NCBI GenBank assembly: GCA_044226625.1
Contig: JBGAGQ010000003.1
Span: 96,001-160,000 of the forward strand
Length of the DNA: 64,000 nt
Direction: 5' to 3'
Source of the DNA: Thermoanaerobaculia bacterium
GTDB taxonomy: Bacteria; Acidobacteriota; Thermoanaerobaculia; Multivoradales; UBA5704
A program made the translations under genes and the position numbers. Below the pieces are notes generated by a model that was given only the letters and a program-made list of their open reading frames with translations, searched no databases and was not told the origin of the DNA. Shown here one piece after another: positions 19,074 through 28,290 of the stretch; position 1 is the first letter of the stretch; each line of letters opens with the position of its first letter.

Positions 19074-20431
19074 CCCTCCTCCTTCGCGAGGTCGCGCAGC
19101 GCCACCGCATCGCCCGGGCTCAGGCCGGAGAGCACTTCGAACGCCTCCGCCGTGCGGCGGCCTAGGCGCGGATGGACCTCTTCGTAGCCAAACGCCGTGC
19201 GGCGCAGAACCCGCGGACCACGCGGCGAGGGGAAGACCGCCTCGGCGGGGACGAGCAGGAGCCCGGAAAGGCGGGAGATCTCGACCGCGCCGCGGAAGCG
19301 CATGCCCGGCCGAAGCCGGCCGGCGATGACGTTGGCCGGAGCGCCCTCCGCCGCGCCCGCGGAGCCGCCCGGAAACGCCCCCGGCAACGAGATGTCGAGC
19401 TCGATGACCTTCCCCTCCGAGCGCTCCTTGCCGCGCTCTTCGCGGACGGCGCGGTCGATCGTTTCGAGCCGGCCGGAGATCGGCAGATCGGGCAGCGCGT
19501 CGAGCGTGATCCGCACCGTCTGGCCCAGGGCGAGGCGACCGACGTCCGCCTCGCTCACCTCGCCGCGCGCGCTCATCCGGCCGAGGTCGGGCAGCTCGAT
19601 CACCTTTTGCATCTGCCAGCAAGGATCGCCGATCCGCTTCTTCTGGCCGCTGCGATCGGCGACGTAGATCACCGTGCCCGCGCGCGGCGCGCGAACGGTC
19701 ATCTTGGCGATCGACTCCTCGACCTCGCGCAGGCGCGCCGCGGCGCGGTCGCGCTTGTCGACGAGAGCTCCCAGCTCGGCGGCCCCGCCGCGCGCCTCCT
19801 GGCGCAGCCGCTCGCGCCGGTAGGCGACCTCCTTATCCGACAGAGCGAGGTCGGCTTTCGCCTCGGCGAGCTCGACCTGCGCCGTGAGCTCCGGCGGCAC
19901 CTGTGCCTCGAGAGCCGCCTTTCGGTGCCGCGCCTCCGCTTCGGCGAGCGCCACTTCCGACTCGCCGCGCGCGAGCGCCAGCTCGGTCCGCCGCTTGGCG
20001 ATCTCCTGCTCGGCCGAATCTCGCTCGGCGGTCTTTTCCAGCCGTAGCCGTTCGAGCTCGGTGGTGTCGAAGCCGAGGACCGGGGCACCTGCCGGTATGC
20101 TCTGACCCTCCGGCGCCAGGAAAGCGATCTTGTATTCCCAGGTGTTCGGGATCGTCGGCGGTCCGAGCAAGGTCGAGGTCACCGCCTCCAGCTCGCCCGA
20201 GACCGGCACCGTGCTCACGAGGTCCCCGCGCTCGACCCTCGCCCAATCGCGCTCCGACTCGGCCCCGCCGGAACGGCTCGCCCAGGCGAGGCCGACGACC
20301 GCGGCCATGACGGCGATCCCCGCCGCGACGGCGACCGCGACCGGGCGGCGCCGGGCTTCCGGCGCCCGTTTCGAGGCCGATTTCGGAATCGGCTGGGACG
20401 CCCGTCCGGGGCCCACCGCGTTCTCCTTCAC
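19070..20431 (-). CDS. HlyD/MacA-family periplasmic adaptor (TM-anchored)
   Basis: GTG 20431 (GTGA overlap); ARVERGDL, PEGQSIPAG, RAPRAG, LRPGMRF. Confidence 0.88.
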   Translation of the reverse strand: MKENAVGPGRASQPIPKSASKRAPEARRRPVAVAVAAGIAVMAAVVGLAWASRSGGAESERDWARVERGDLVSTVPVSGELEAVTSTLLGPPTIPNTWEYKIAFLAPEGQSIPAGAPVLGFDTTELERLRLEKTAERDSAEQEIAKRRTELALARGESEVALAEAEARHRKAALEAQVPPELTAQVELAEAKADLALSDKEVAYRRERLRQEARGGAAELGALVDKRDRAAARLREVEESIAKMTVRAPRAGTVIYVADRSGQKKRIGDPCWQMQKVIELPDLGRMSARGEVSEADVGRLALGQTVRITLDALPDLPISGRLETIDRAVREERGKERSEGKVIELDISLPGAFPGGSAGAAEGAPANVIAGRLRPGMRFRGAVEISRLSGLLLVPAEAVFPSPRGPRVLRRTAFGYEEVHPRLGRRTAEAFEVLSGLSPGDAVALRDLAKEEG

Positions 20432-21666
20432 CGCGCCACCGCCTCGCCCGGTCCGCGCAGGCGCTCGCCCGCCGCGAGCCCCTCGAGAACCTGGCAGTCG
20501 AACGGTCCGCAGGCGCCGACGCGAACCCGTTTTTCGCCTCCGCCCGCGAGCCGGGCGAGCGGTGGGTTCGAGCCGAGGTCGAGACCGGCGCGAGGCGCGA
20601 TCAGGCCGCGGCGCCCTGTGCCGCAGACGTCGACCCGCACCGACATGCCCGGCAGCATTCGCTTCGGGTCGGCCCGCGCGAGAGAGACGCGGACCGCGAA
20701 CGCCCGCCGCAGCCGCGCGCCCTTGGCGGCCTCGCCCGCCAGCGTCGAGATTTCTTCGATCCGGCACGGGAGCGCCTCGCGCGGGTAGGCGTCGAGGGTG
20801 CAGGTCGCCGCCATGCCCGGGGCGATCCGGCCGTCGTCGACGTCGGCCAGCCGCGCGCGCACGCCCAGGGTCGAGAGATCCGGCAGGCTGGCGACCGCCA
20901 TTCCCACCCAGACGGAGTCGCCCTCGCGCATCTCGCGGTCTTCCCAAGGGTGGCGGCCGATCAGGACCAACCCGCCGCGCGGCGCGGCGAGGGTGAGCGC
21001 CGAGCGGCTGCGCTCCGCCATTTCGATCTCCCGCCGGGAGGCGGCGAGCGAGATCCGGTCGACCTCGAGATCGGCCCGGCTCGTCGCGAGCTGAGTTTCG
21101 AGCGCCCGCTGGGCTTTCTCGAGCTCGCCTTTCGCCCGCGCGAGCGCGCGCTGGCGCTCCTGGTATTCGGCGAGCGGCAGCAGGTCGGGGGGTACGTCGG
21201 CTTTGATCCGCGCCTTCTCGAGTGCGGTCCGCTTCTCTTCGATCGCATAGCGCTTCTCGGCCGCCTGCGTCTCGGCGTCCGCCGACTTGCGCTCGAGCTC
21301 GCGCTCCGCCTCGGTCGCTTTGAGCTTCTTTTCCTCGACATCCGCGGCGAGGCCGCTGCTGTCGAAGATCGCGACCGGATCGCCGGCCTTCACCTCGGAA
21401 CCGTCCTTGGCGAGCCAGCGAATCTGCGCCTGCCATCCCGAGATGGGGGGAACGATCAGCGACTCCGCCCGTTCGGCCACTAGCTCGCCGGAAAGGAGCT
21501 GGCATTCGCGCACTTCGCCCGAGCGGACCGTCCAGTCGGACGAGGAGGCGCCGGCCGCCGCGCGGTTTCCGAGGTCTTGGCTGGCGGCGTCGCGGCATCC
21601 GGACGCCGAGAGCAGGGCGGTGATCGACGTGAGGGCGAGCGCCAGGCTCCGGCGGACTACGCGCAT
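20428..21666 (-). CDS. HlyD/MacA-family periplasmic adaptor (lipoprotein)
   Basis: ATG 21666; lipobox SASG-C; DGSEVKAGD, AAPRGG, MLPGMSVRV. Confidence 0.88.
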   Translation of the reverse strand: MRVVRRSLALALTSITALLSASGCRDAASQDLGNRAAAGASSSDWTVRSGEVRECQLLSGELVAERAESLIVPPISGWQAQIRWLAKDGSEVKAGDPVAIFDSSGLAADVEEKKLKATEAERELERKSADAETQAAEKRYAIEEKRTALEKARIKADVPPDLLPLAEYQERQRALARAKGELEKAQRALETQLATSRADLEVDRISLAASRREIEMAERSRSALTLAAPRGGLVLIGRHPWEDREMREGDSVWVGMAVASLPDLSTLGVRARLADVDDGRIAPGMAATCTLDAYPREALPCRIEEISTLAGEAAKGARLRRAFAVRVSLARADPKRMLPGMSVRVDVCGTGRRGLIAPRAGLDLGSNPPLARLAGGGEKRVRVGACGPFDCQVLEGLAAGERLRGPGEAVAR

Positions 21667-21731
21667 TCCGAAAACTTCTACGACATCCGGCGAAAAACGT
21701 CTAGAGGCCCGGGGATTCCCCGATCCCGGCC

Positions 21732-21836
21732 GACGCCTCCGGGCTCGATGTCTATCGAACGGGAAGGGAGAACAGCAGCAGCAGCGGCGCGGCTGCTGCC
21801 GAGATACGACGGCCACCCTTAAGTTCCGGAGGCGTC
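21732..21836. ncRNA. Candidate structured RNA in the leader of the adaptor operon
   Basis: Perfect 11-bp closing stem GACGCCTCCGG/CCGGAGGCGTC enclosing further hairpins; no known family recognised. Confidence 0.35.
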
Positions 21837-22030
21837 CCGCGCGGGGCCATCCACCCCGCCCGAGCTCGCAGCTCCGATCGCGCCGAAAGCCGCCCCGAAG
21901 ACGTAGATAGGCTGCGCCTATCGATCCTCAAGGTTCCGCCTATATATCACTCTCCGCAGGGAATCTCGACGAACGGCGGGGTCCTGAGCCAACCCGCCGA
22001 CCGAGGGGATGCCCTCGGAACGAGCCTGTT

Positions 22031-22918
22031 TTAAAGGAAGAGGACGGGCGCCCGCGTCTCGCCACGTTTCGCGACGGATCGGCCGAGAGCTTCCTGGATC
22101 TGCTCTCGCAACGCGGAGAGAGGGGCGTCGAGCGCCATGTCGTCCAACGTGGCGGCGATCCCCAAGAGGACGGTCCGACGGGTGAGCGCCAGCTCGAAGA
22201 GAGTCGAGTCGAGGTTCTTCGCCAGGCTTTCCGTGAGGCTCGCCGGCGAGGGCGGCGTGTCGATCGATGGCAGCCGCGACGGGGGCGGCACGAAACCGAT
22301 GTAGACCGGCCGCCCCGCCTCCTTGTCCCATCCGAAGCGATCGAGATTTCCCTCCAGTGGCAAGCTCGCCTGCGCCAGCTTCGCCGGGACCTCGAAAAAG
22401 GAACGTGCGACGTTCGCGAGCGTGCGGGTCCACTTCTTCACCTGCTCGCTACGCGAAAGCTCGTCGAGCTTCGACCGGAGGCTCGGCTGGATGGGCACGA
22501 TCTGCCAAAGGCGCCCCCCCTCGCCCTCGGGCACGAGCACCAGGCAACGCCCGGGCGAAAGAACCGCTTGGGCCGCGACGCCGCCGTGTCGGCGAGCCCA
22601 CTCGAACAGCTCGTGCCGCGCAAGCTCGAGATTCGGATAGACCTCGGTGGAGAACAGGCGCCAACGCGCCGGAACAATCGCCGACCACATTCCCATGGAG
22701 GTCCGAACCGGCTCGACCGCAAAGTCGTCCAGCTCGCGGAGCACCGCCCGCCCCTCGACCGGAGGCCAGACGAACCCCTCCGGGACCTCAGAGGACGGCA
22801 CGACCGGAGCGCCAAGCTGCGAGGTCGCGCCGGAAGACTTCACGAAATCCAAGGGTAGAACCCCTCCCGCTTTCAATCTGCAACCTTCTGTTCGAAGTGG
22901 CTGCAAGCCTCGAGCCAA
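22031..22918 (-). CDS. Hypothetical protein
   Basis: 295-aa ORF with globular-protein composition (EGFVWPPVEGRAVL..., GRLWQIVP); start uncertain. Confidence 0.6.
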   Translation of the reverse strand: MARGLQPLRTEGCRLKAGGVLPLDFVKSSGATSQLGAPVVPSSEVPEGFVWPPVEGRAVLRELDDFAVEPVRTSMGMWSAIVPARWRLFSTEVYPNLELARHELFEWARRHGGVAAQAVLSPGRCLVLVPEGEGGRLWQIVPIQPSLRSKLDELSRSEQVKKWTRTLANVARSFFEVPAKLAQASLPLEGNLDRFGWDKEAGRPVYIGFVPPPSRLPSIDTPPSPASLTESLAKNLDSTLFELALTRRTVLLGIAATLDDMALDAPLSALREQIQEALGRSVAKRGETRAPVLFL

Positions 22919-23161
22919 CTCTCGAGGAGCTCGACGGCCGGAAGGCTGGCTCGAATCCTATGAGCGGTCGGTCCGGAGTGTAAAACTTTCCCTCGTCGTA
23001 GGGCACCCGGACGCGCGAAACGGGCTCAACCCTCGTCCGCCCTCGGTGGGACAAGATCGCTGAAAAGGCCTCCGGGGAGAGGCGGGTCCGTTCCAGGGAG
23101 CTGCTGGGCGCCCGAACCGCCCCGCAAAGCCGACCCGGGGCGGCGGCCTCCCTCAAGATCC

Positions 23162-23704
23162 CTACGGCAGGGCGGGCAGCGAGTACTCGAAATCGTACGA
23201 GTGCTTCTTGCCCTCGATGATGATGTGGAGGGTGCCGGAGATCCCCGCGAGCTCGCCCGTGCCGGAATCCGGCACCACGAGCACCGCGAGCTCGGGCACG
23301 CCGCGCCGCATGACGCCGCGATGGTAGAGCGCGAACGTCCCTTTCCGCCCGGCGAGCGTCGCGCTCACCGTCTCGACCGCGACGTAAACCCCGGAGCTCT
23401 CGGCGCCTCCGGCGGTGAGCATCTGTCCTTTACCGGTCCCCACCAGGTCGCCGTGGAATTCCTTCTCGATCGACATCCGGCCAAGCGAGGCATCCTCGGC
23501 CGGACCGGCGAGCGGCAGCGGATTGACCTTGACGTCGAAGTCTCCTCGGGCGTGCTCCATTTTGATCTCCTCTCGCCTCGCCTCTCGGGGCGTCGAATTC
23601 TGGTCCGTCGTGGCCGCCCAGGCCGCCGACGCGACGAGCGCCAGAGCGAGCCAAAGGAGGCTGCCCGCGCTCCCGCTTCGGTTCGTTTCGATTCTAGAGT
23701 CCAT
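23162..23704 (-). CDS. DUF3224-family protein
   Basis: ARGDFDVK, GRMSIEKEFHGDLVG, YVAVE, GRKGTFALYH, VVPDSGTGELAGISG. Alternative start ATG 23560 with GAGGAG RBS. Confidence 0.85.
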   Translation of the reverse strand: MDSRIETNRSGSAGSLLWLALALVASAAWAATTDQNSTPREARREEIKMEHARGDFDVKVNPLPLAGPAEDASLGRMSIEKEFHGDLVGTGKGQMLTAGGAESSGVYVAVETVSATLAGRKGTFALYHRGVMRRGVPELAVLVVPDSGTGELAGISGTLHIIIEGKKHSYDFEYSLPALP

Positions 23705-23866
23705 CGCGTTCCCTTTCCGTAGGCCCCGAAGAGTAACGAGCGCCCTCGGTCGCCGATTGAACAAACGCGACACGCCGACCGGCGCGTGGGGGCACGGACG
23801 TTATGATGGAGGCCTCAGGCGCCGCGCTCCCGGCCCGATTGATCTTCCCTCGCTCGGTCTCCCCCC

Positions 23867-24670
23867 TTGATCCGCCCGAAGCACGTCCCCCCACGCGGCA
23901 TCCTGCACGGCAGGGTCGAACCGGCCGCTCCGGGCTACGGCCGTTACTGGCCGGGCGAAATCCTCGCGCTGTTCGTCGAGCATTTCTGGACGGTGTCCTG
24001 GGACGTCGCGGAGCCCAAGATCGCGGAGGTGTTGCCGCACCCTTCCGTCCACCTCGTCCTCGAAGCGGGCGGCTCGCGCGTAGCCGGCGTGCCCAAGGGT
24101 CGTTTCACCACCCGCCTCGAAGGGAAGGGGCGGGTTCTCGGCACCAAGTTCCGCCCCGGCGGCTTCCGCCCGTTCCTCGGAGCGCCCATCTCGTCGCTGT
24201 CCGGCCGAACCTTTCCCTTGACCGAGATCTTCGGTCCGGCCGCCGAGGACCTCGAAGATCGCGCGCTCGCCTTCGCCGATCCGGTGGGTGCGTTCGAAGT
24301 CGTGCAGGAATTCCTCGAAGGGATGCGCCCCCAACCCGATCCTGAATCCGAACTAGCCGCCCGCATCGCCGAGCGTGTGGCGACCGATCGCCAAATCACC
24401 CGCGTCGAGCACGTGGCAGAGGCCTTCGGCCTCGGGACCCGTACGCTCCAGCGCCTGTTCTCCGAATACGTCGGCGTCAGCCCGAAGTGGATCATCCAGC
24501 GCTACCGCCTCCACGAAGCGGCGGAGCGGATCGCGACGGGCTCCCCCATCGACTGGCCCGACCTGGCCCTGGAGCTCGGCTACGCCGACCAGGCGCACTT
24601 CATCCGCGATTTTCGCCGGCTGGTGGGCAAGTCGCCCGCGGAGTACTCGAAGGGGTTGAAGGGGGCCTGA
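23867..24670 (+). CDS. AraC-family transcriptional regulator
   Basis: RTLQRLFSEYVGVSPKW, LALELGYADQAHFIRDFRRLVG; divergent from DUF3224 gene. Confidence 0.95.
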   Translation: MIRPKHVPPRGILHGRVEPAAPGYGRYWPGEILALFVEHFWTVSWDVAEPKIAEVLPHPSVHLVLEAGGSRVAGVPKGRFTTRLEGKGRVLGTKFRPGGFRPFLGAPISSLSGRTFPLTEIFGPAAEDLEDRALAFADPVGAFEVVQEFLEGMRPQPDPESELAARIAERVATDRQITRVEHVAEAFGLGTRTLQRLFSEYVGVSPKWIIQRYRLHEAAERIATGSPIDWPDLALELGYADQAHFIRDFRRLVGKSPAEYSKGLKGA

Positions 24671-24740
24671 GGGTCGAGCGTAGGCGCCCGCGGGCGCCAC
24701 GGCTCGAACTAGAATGAGTCCCTTCCTCGGGAGGTCCAGG

Positions 24741-25830
24741 ATGTTCGAAGCACGCTCGCTCGCGAGCCGACCGGCGGCCGCAGCACCTCGGACACGATCG
24801 GAGGAGCCCCGACAGGTCGCCGCCGCGTCCCTGGACGCGAGCCTCGCGCGGGCCGAACGGTTCGGCCACCGGTTAGAAGCGCTTGCTGCCCCGCCGGCTT
24901 CGAATCAGGTGATCCAGCGCCGCTGGAAGTACGTCGACGGGTCGGGACATCCCGGCGATTACTACTGGGAAGGACGCGATGATCCGTCCGGTTCGCCGCC
25001 GAACGGGGGGCGTCACATACCGCCCCCGCCTCCCCGGCAGCTCGAAGACACCCACAAGGGGGGCGGAGGCGGCAACATGAAGGCGCTGCGCACCGATCCC
25101 GACCGGGAGTTCCAGGATCTCGAGATGCTCGCACACCTCTCCACCCAGGCGCAGCAGCAGAAGGGGATCTTCTACTCGGGTCCGACCGAATCGCGCGGCC
25201 TCGGACGGACCCCGGTTTCGACCTCGATTCCCAACCGCGACAAAGGACTTCACACCAGCATCTTTCGCGAAATGACCGGCGGTGAGTCGAGCTCGACCAA
25301 ATATCAGCAATCGCTCGGCACGAAGGAGCCGAACACGAAGTACCAGATCCTCCACGGTATGGGGCACGGCGAAGGCGGAGGAAAGACACAAGACCGGAAC
25401 AACCTCGCCTCGGCTTCCGAGGGGACCAACACCTACATGATCCCCTACGACAAGGCGATCTCGGGCAATCCCGACATCGAGGTCGACAGCTCGTTCTCCA
25501 TGCGGAAGGGGACGCACCGGGCGGAGGTCGTCCATCAGAAATTCTTCCACAAGGACCTGCCCGACGAGCCAATCTTCTCAGAAGGATTGGGACGGCGACA
25601 TGCCGAAGCCGACGGTCTCCCAATACGAAGAGCACGAACGACGAGCCAGCCGCTACAAAGACCGCCCTCACCTCTCCGGCGCCGTCGGCCTCATCAATTT
25701 CTCTCGCAAGTTCCACCCCTACGCTCCGCCGAAGCGGCGGCAGAACGTCTGGGGCCGCCTCGGTCAATTCGCGCCAGGCAGCCATCCGCTCGACGACCAG
25801 CCTCGGAAGGACGGCGACGGCATTCTGTAA
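24741..25830 (+). pseudogene. Toxin/effector-like protein with His-Me-finger endonuclease-like motif, interrupted by a +1 frameshift near 25578
   Basis: ATG 24741 with GGAGG; N-terminal SLARAERFGHRL...VIQR; ILHGMGHGEGG...NNL...N..M motif; removing T25578 joins ...PIF to QKDWDGDMPKPT... ending at TAA 25830. Confidence 0.55.
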
Positions 25831-25995
25831 AACGAACCCGCCCGACTGACGGATCCCGATCGAAATCGGATGCTCAGTCCATTACCCTCTACGCGCAGGT
25901 GTACCTGTCTGCGGGCCATACATCGCAGTTGACGCCAAACGGCAATCCCATTAGCACCTGACGCCTCTTGGCAACACCTGCCATATCTACAACCA

Positions 25996-27855
25996 CTACA
26001 TCGAATACCATGAGTCTTCAGCCGCGATGAAGTTGAAAACTTCCAGAAAAGATTCCTTTGTACTTACGCCAAGAAAATTCAGATCTCCGTCTAGAACCGT
26101 CCGCGCAACGATAACCTTTACTGCATCACTAACCCGCGCACTGTTCGAAGCCATCGATCGCTTCGAAGCAGGCATTGAAATCCCTGCTCTCCTGAGAAGT
26201 TCGTCGAAATCCTCTCTAGAGTACAGATCTTCAATTCCAGACGAGCGACAATTCTCCCACGGGCAGACCTCAAAAATAGAATCGCTTGAAACGAGGTACT
26301 CCTCCCGCAATACTTTCGCGGCAGTCCCCTTATCAATGACAAACTTCAGCTCAAACCCCTGGCCTATACAGAACGCAGTAATTGTAGGCAATGTAGATTG
26401 ACCACGACCTGGAACAACTGACGGGTGAATCGTAATACCTAAGAGCTCCGAAATAGCCCTGAGGTGCATCAGGTCCGTGATGCCCTCTACTAGCACAGCT
26501 CGCGAGCCCTTAGCCAAAGGAAATGGTCCGCCGTAGGTTTGCCCAATAGAATTGAACAGGGGCTGCAATGCAAGCGCCGCCTTGGCAGAGTTGGCCCGAG
26601 ACAGAGGCTTGTTCTCAACTCTAAGAAGGCCTCGACTATCTTGTTCCATTGTCCTTACGCCGCAGATATGGCGTACGTCCAAAAGGTGCTCCGAATGGGT
26701 CGTGATAACTACTTGATGTCCAGCGTGCGCTAAGCGCTGCAAGAAATCTAGAAGTTGAAGTTGAGCAGAAGGATGAAATCCCGTATTAGGCTCATCGAAA
26801 AGAAGCACGCTTGGTGCTATATCTTCGCAGCGGGTTACTAGATTATATCCGATCAAGAATTTTGTGTTATCGCTCAGGTGTCTATAGAACGACTTTTTTC
26901 CGTCGATCTTTGCCGTTAACTGCAACCCTTCATTTTCATGAAGTACAAACTCCAACATAGGATTCATGCCGCCAGCATTCACCAGAGAAGAAAGATGCGA
27001 CATTTTACCCCGAAATCCTTCAAGGAGTTCATCACGTCGATCCGGGTCGTTGATATCAAAGAATTCGTCGAGAAGATCTGAATCGAGAAGACTGACAAGA
27101 TAGCTTTCAAGGCCAGTGGACTTCCCGATCAATCCTTGGGTAATCCTATCTGGAAGGTTAGCATTTAGCTGGAAGCGCTGTCCAAAGAGAAAGATAGGGG
27201 GCACCAAGTGGCGCGCAAGCTCACGGTAGACGCGCCCCGGATTCATTTGCACCGGAAATTCACTTTTCTGAACTCTCAGCGCCCCAGTACGAGCATCAAA
27301 GACCCTTGCGAGGGTGCTTCCAATATTCGATCTTCTCCTGTTTTGATCATCTATCGTTTCCCCTGGTGCTGTAACCCAGAATAGCCCATGGTTACCCTGT
27401 CTATAAACACTGATTCGCCCAGCAGAGCGAGCATGATGAAAAAGCGAGGCGAATTCCTCGTAGCACTCGAAGGCGACTCCGGCCAAGTCCTCGCCTTCCT
27501 CGAAATCTTGAGGAACACCGGTCAGGCGAAGATATCTCTTAATTGACGCCAAGAACTGTTCTGGAGTAGGTAATTCACCTTCAATATCAATACTCCCCCA
27601 GATCAAGGGGGTGCCACCGCTGGGATTATAAAAATTGACAAAGCGGTCATTTTCGTCAGGGGAACCAACATCCGGGCTCAGACTCAAGATTCCCGCCAGC
27701 AGAGAACTCTTACCTGAGCTGTTACGTCCCAGGATTGAAACTATCCCTGATGGAGAGACCAAATCTGCGTCACCGGAATCACCAAACCCAAAACAGTTCT
27801 TGACTGAAATCGCGCCTATTCTCACCGGTAACTCCTTAGATTCCAAGCTGCCCAT
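25996..27855 (-). CDS. OLD-family-like ABC ATPase plus TOPRIM nuclease (low GC, likely horizontally acquired defence gene)
   Basis: Walker A GRNSSGKS, Walker B LLFDEPNTGFHP, H-loop TTHS, TOPRIM LVEGITD, IEDLY; GC visibly near 50%. Confidence 0.85.
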   Translation of the reverse strand: MGSLESKELPVRIGAISVKNCFGFGDSGDADLVSPSGIVSILGRNSSGKSSLLAGILSLSPDVGSPDENDRFVNFYNPSGGTPLIWGSIDIEGELPTPEQFLASIKRYLRLTGVPQDFEEGEDLAGVAFECYEEFASLFHHARSAGRISVYRQGNHGLFWVTAPGETIDDQNRRRSNIGSTLARVFDARTGALRVQKSEFPVQMNPGRVYRELARHLVPPIFLFGQRFQLNANLPDRITQGLIGKSTGLESYLVSLLDSDLLDEFFDINDPDRRDELLEGFRGKMSHLSSLVNAGGMNPMLEFVLHENEGLQLTAKIDGKKSFYRHLSDNTKFLIGYNLVTRCEDIAPSVLLFDEPNTGFHPSAQLQLLDFLQRLAHAGHQVVITTHSEHLLDVRHICGVRTMEQDSRGLLRVENKPLSRANSAKAALALQPLFNSIGQTYGGPFPLAKGSRAVLVEGITDLMHLRAISELLGITIHPSVVPGRGQSTLPTITAFCIGQGFELKFVIDKGTAAKVLREEYLVSSDSIFEVCPWENCRSSGIEDLYSREDFDELLRRAGISMPASKRSMASNSARVSDAVKVIVARTVLDGDLNFLGVSTKESFLEVFNFIAAEDSWYSM

Positions 27856-28084
27856 AGACTTCCTGGGATTGCCCGAAGCATCGCCGCAGCTGCGCCGATT
27901 TTAATTAGCTAGCCCGCAAACTTTCAACGGCGCTGTATTCGTACATCGAAAGAACTTTGGACCTGCTAAAAGCAACCCGAAACGGAAGTAGACACATAGA
28001 TACCGCTTGTCCGCTGCACACCACCGATTGAGGCATTGCAGCGGCAGGTTTCGCACCCTCCTTGCGAAGCGATAGATGAAGAGG

Positions 28085-28167
28085 TGCCGGAGGCGGGACT
28101 CGAACCCGCATGACCTTGCGGCCGAAGGATTTTAAGTCCTCTGCGTCTGCCATTTCGCCACTCCGGC
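28085..28167 (-). tRNA. trnL: tRNA-Leu(UAA)
   Basis: GCCGGAG/CTCCGGC acceptor stem, D-arm GTGGCGAAATGGCAGACGC, anticodon loop CTTAAAA, long variable arm, GGTTCGAGTCC T-arm; followed by CCT, so CCA is not fully encoded. Confidence 0.97.
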
Positions 28168-28185
28168 ATGGAGGGGATGCGGAGA

Positions 28186-28215
28186 ATTGTAGTAGAGATT
28201 CGGAGCCGCTCCCAA
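28186..28215 (-). promoter_or_regulatory. Promoter of tRNA-Leu
   Basis: TTGGGA-N18-TACAAT ending 18 nt upstream of the mature 5' end. Confidence 0.55.
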
Positions 28216-28290
28216 GACAGCCTTCGTTCTCGAATGTAGTCTCTAAGCAGGGGAACGGCGACCGTGCGCGGCACTTTGGGAGAGCCTCGA

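Noticed and set aside
21732-21836. 6S or SRP RNA
   Set aside because: Too short for 6S with no central bubble; lacks the SRP CAGG-N-CCGGAAGG-N-AGCAG motif. Kept only as an unknown structured element.
22937-22958. GCCGGAAGGCTGGCTCGAATCC as a degenerate att copy of the tRNA-Leu 3' end
   Set aside because: Needs two gaps and two mismatches over 23 nt in high-GC DNA; no integrase; chance match plausible.
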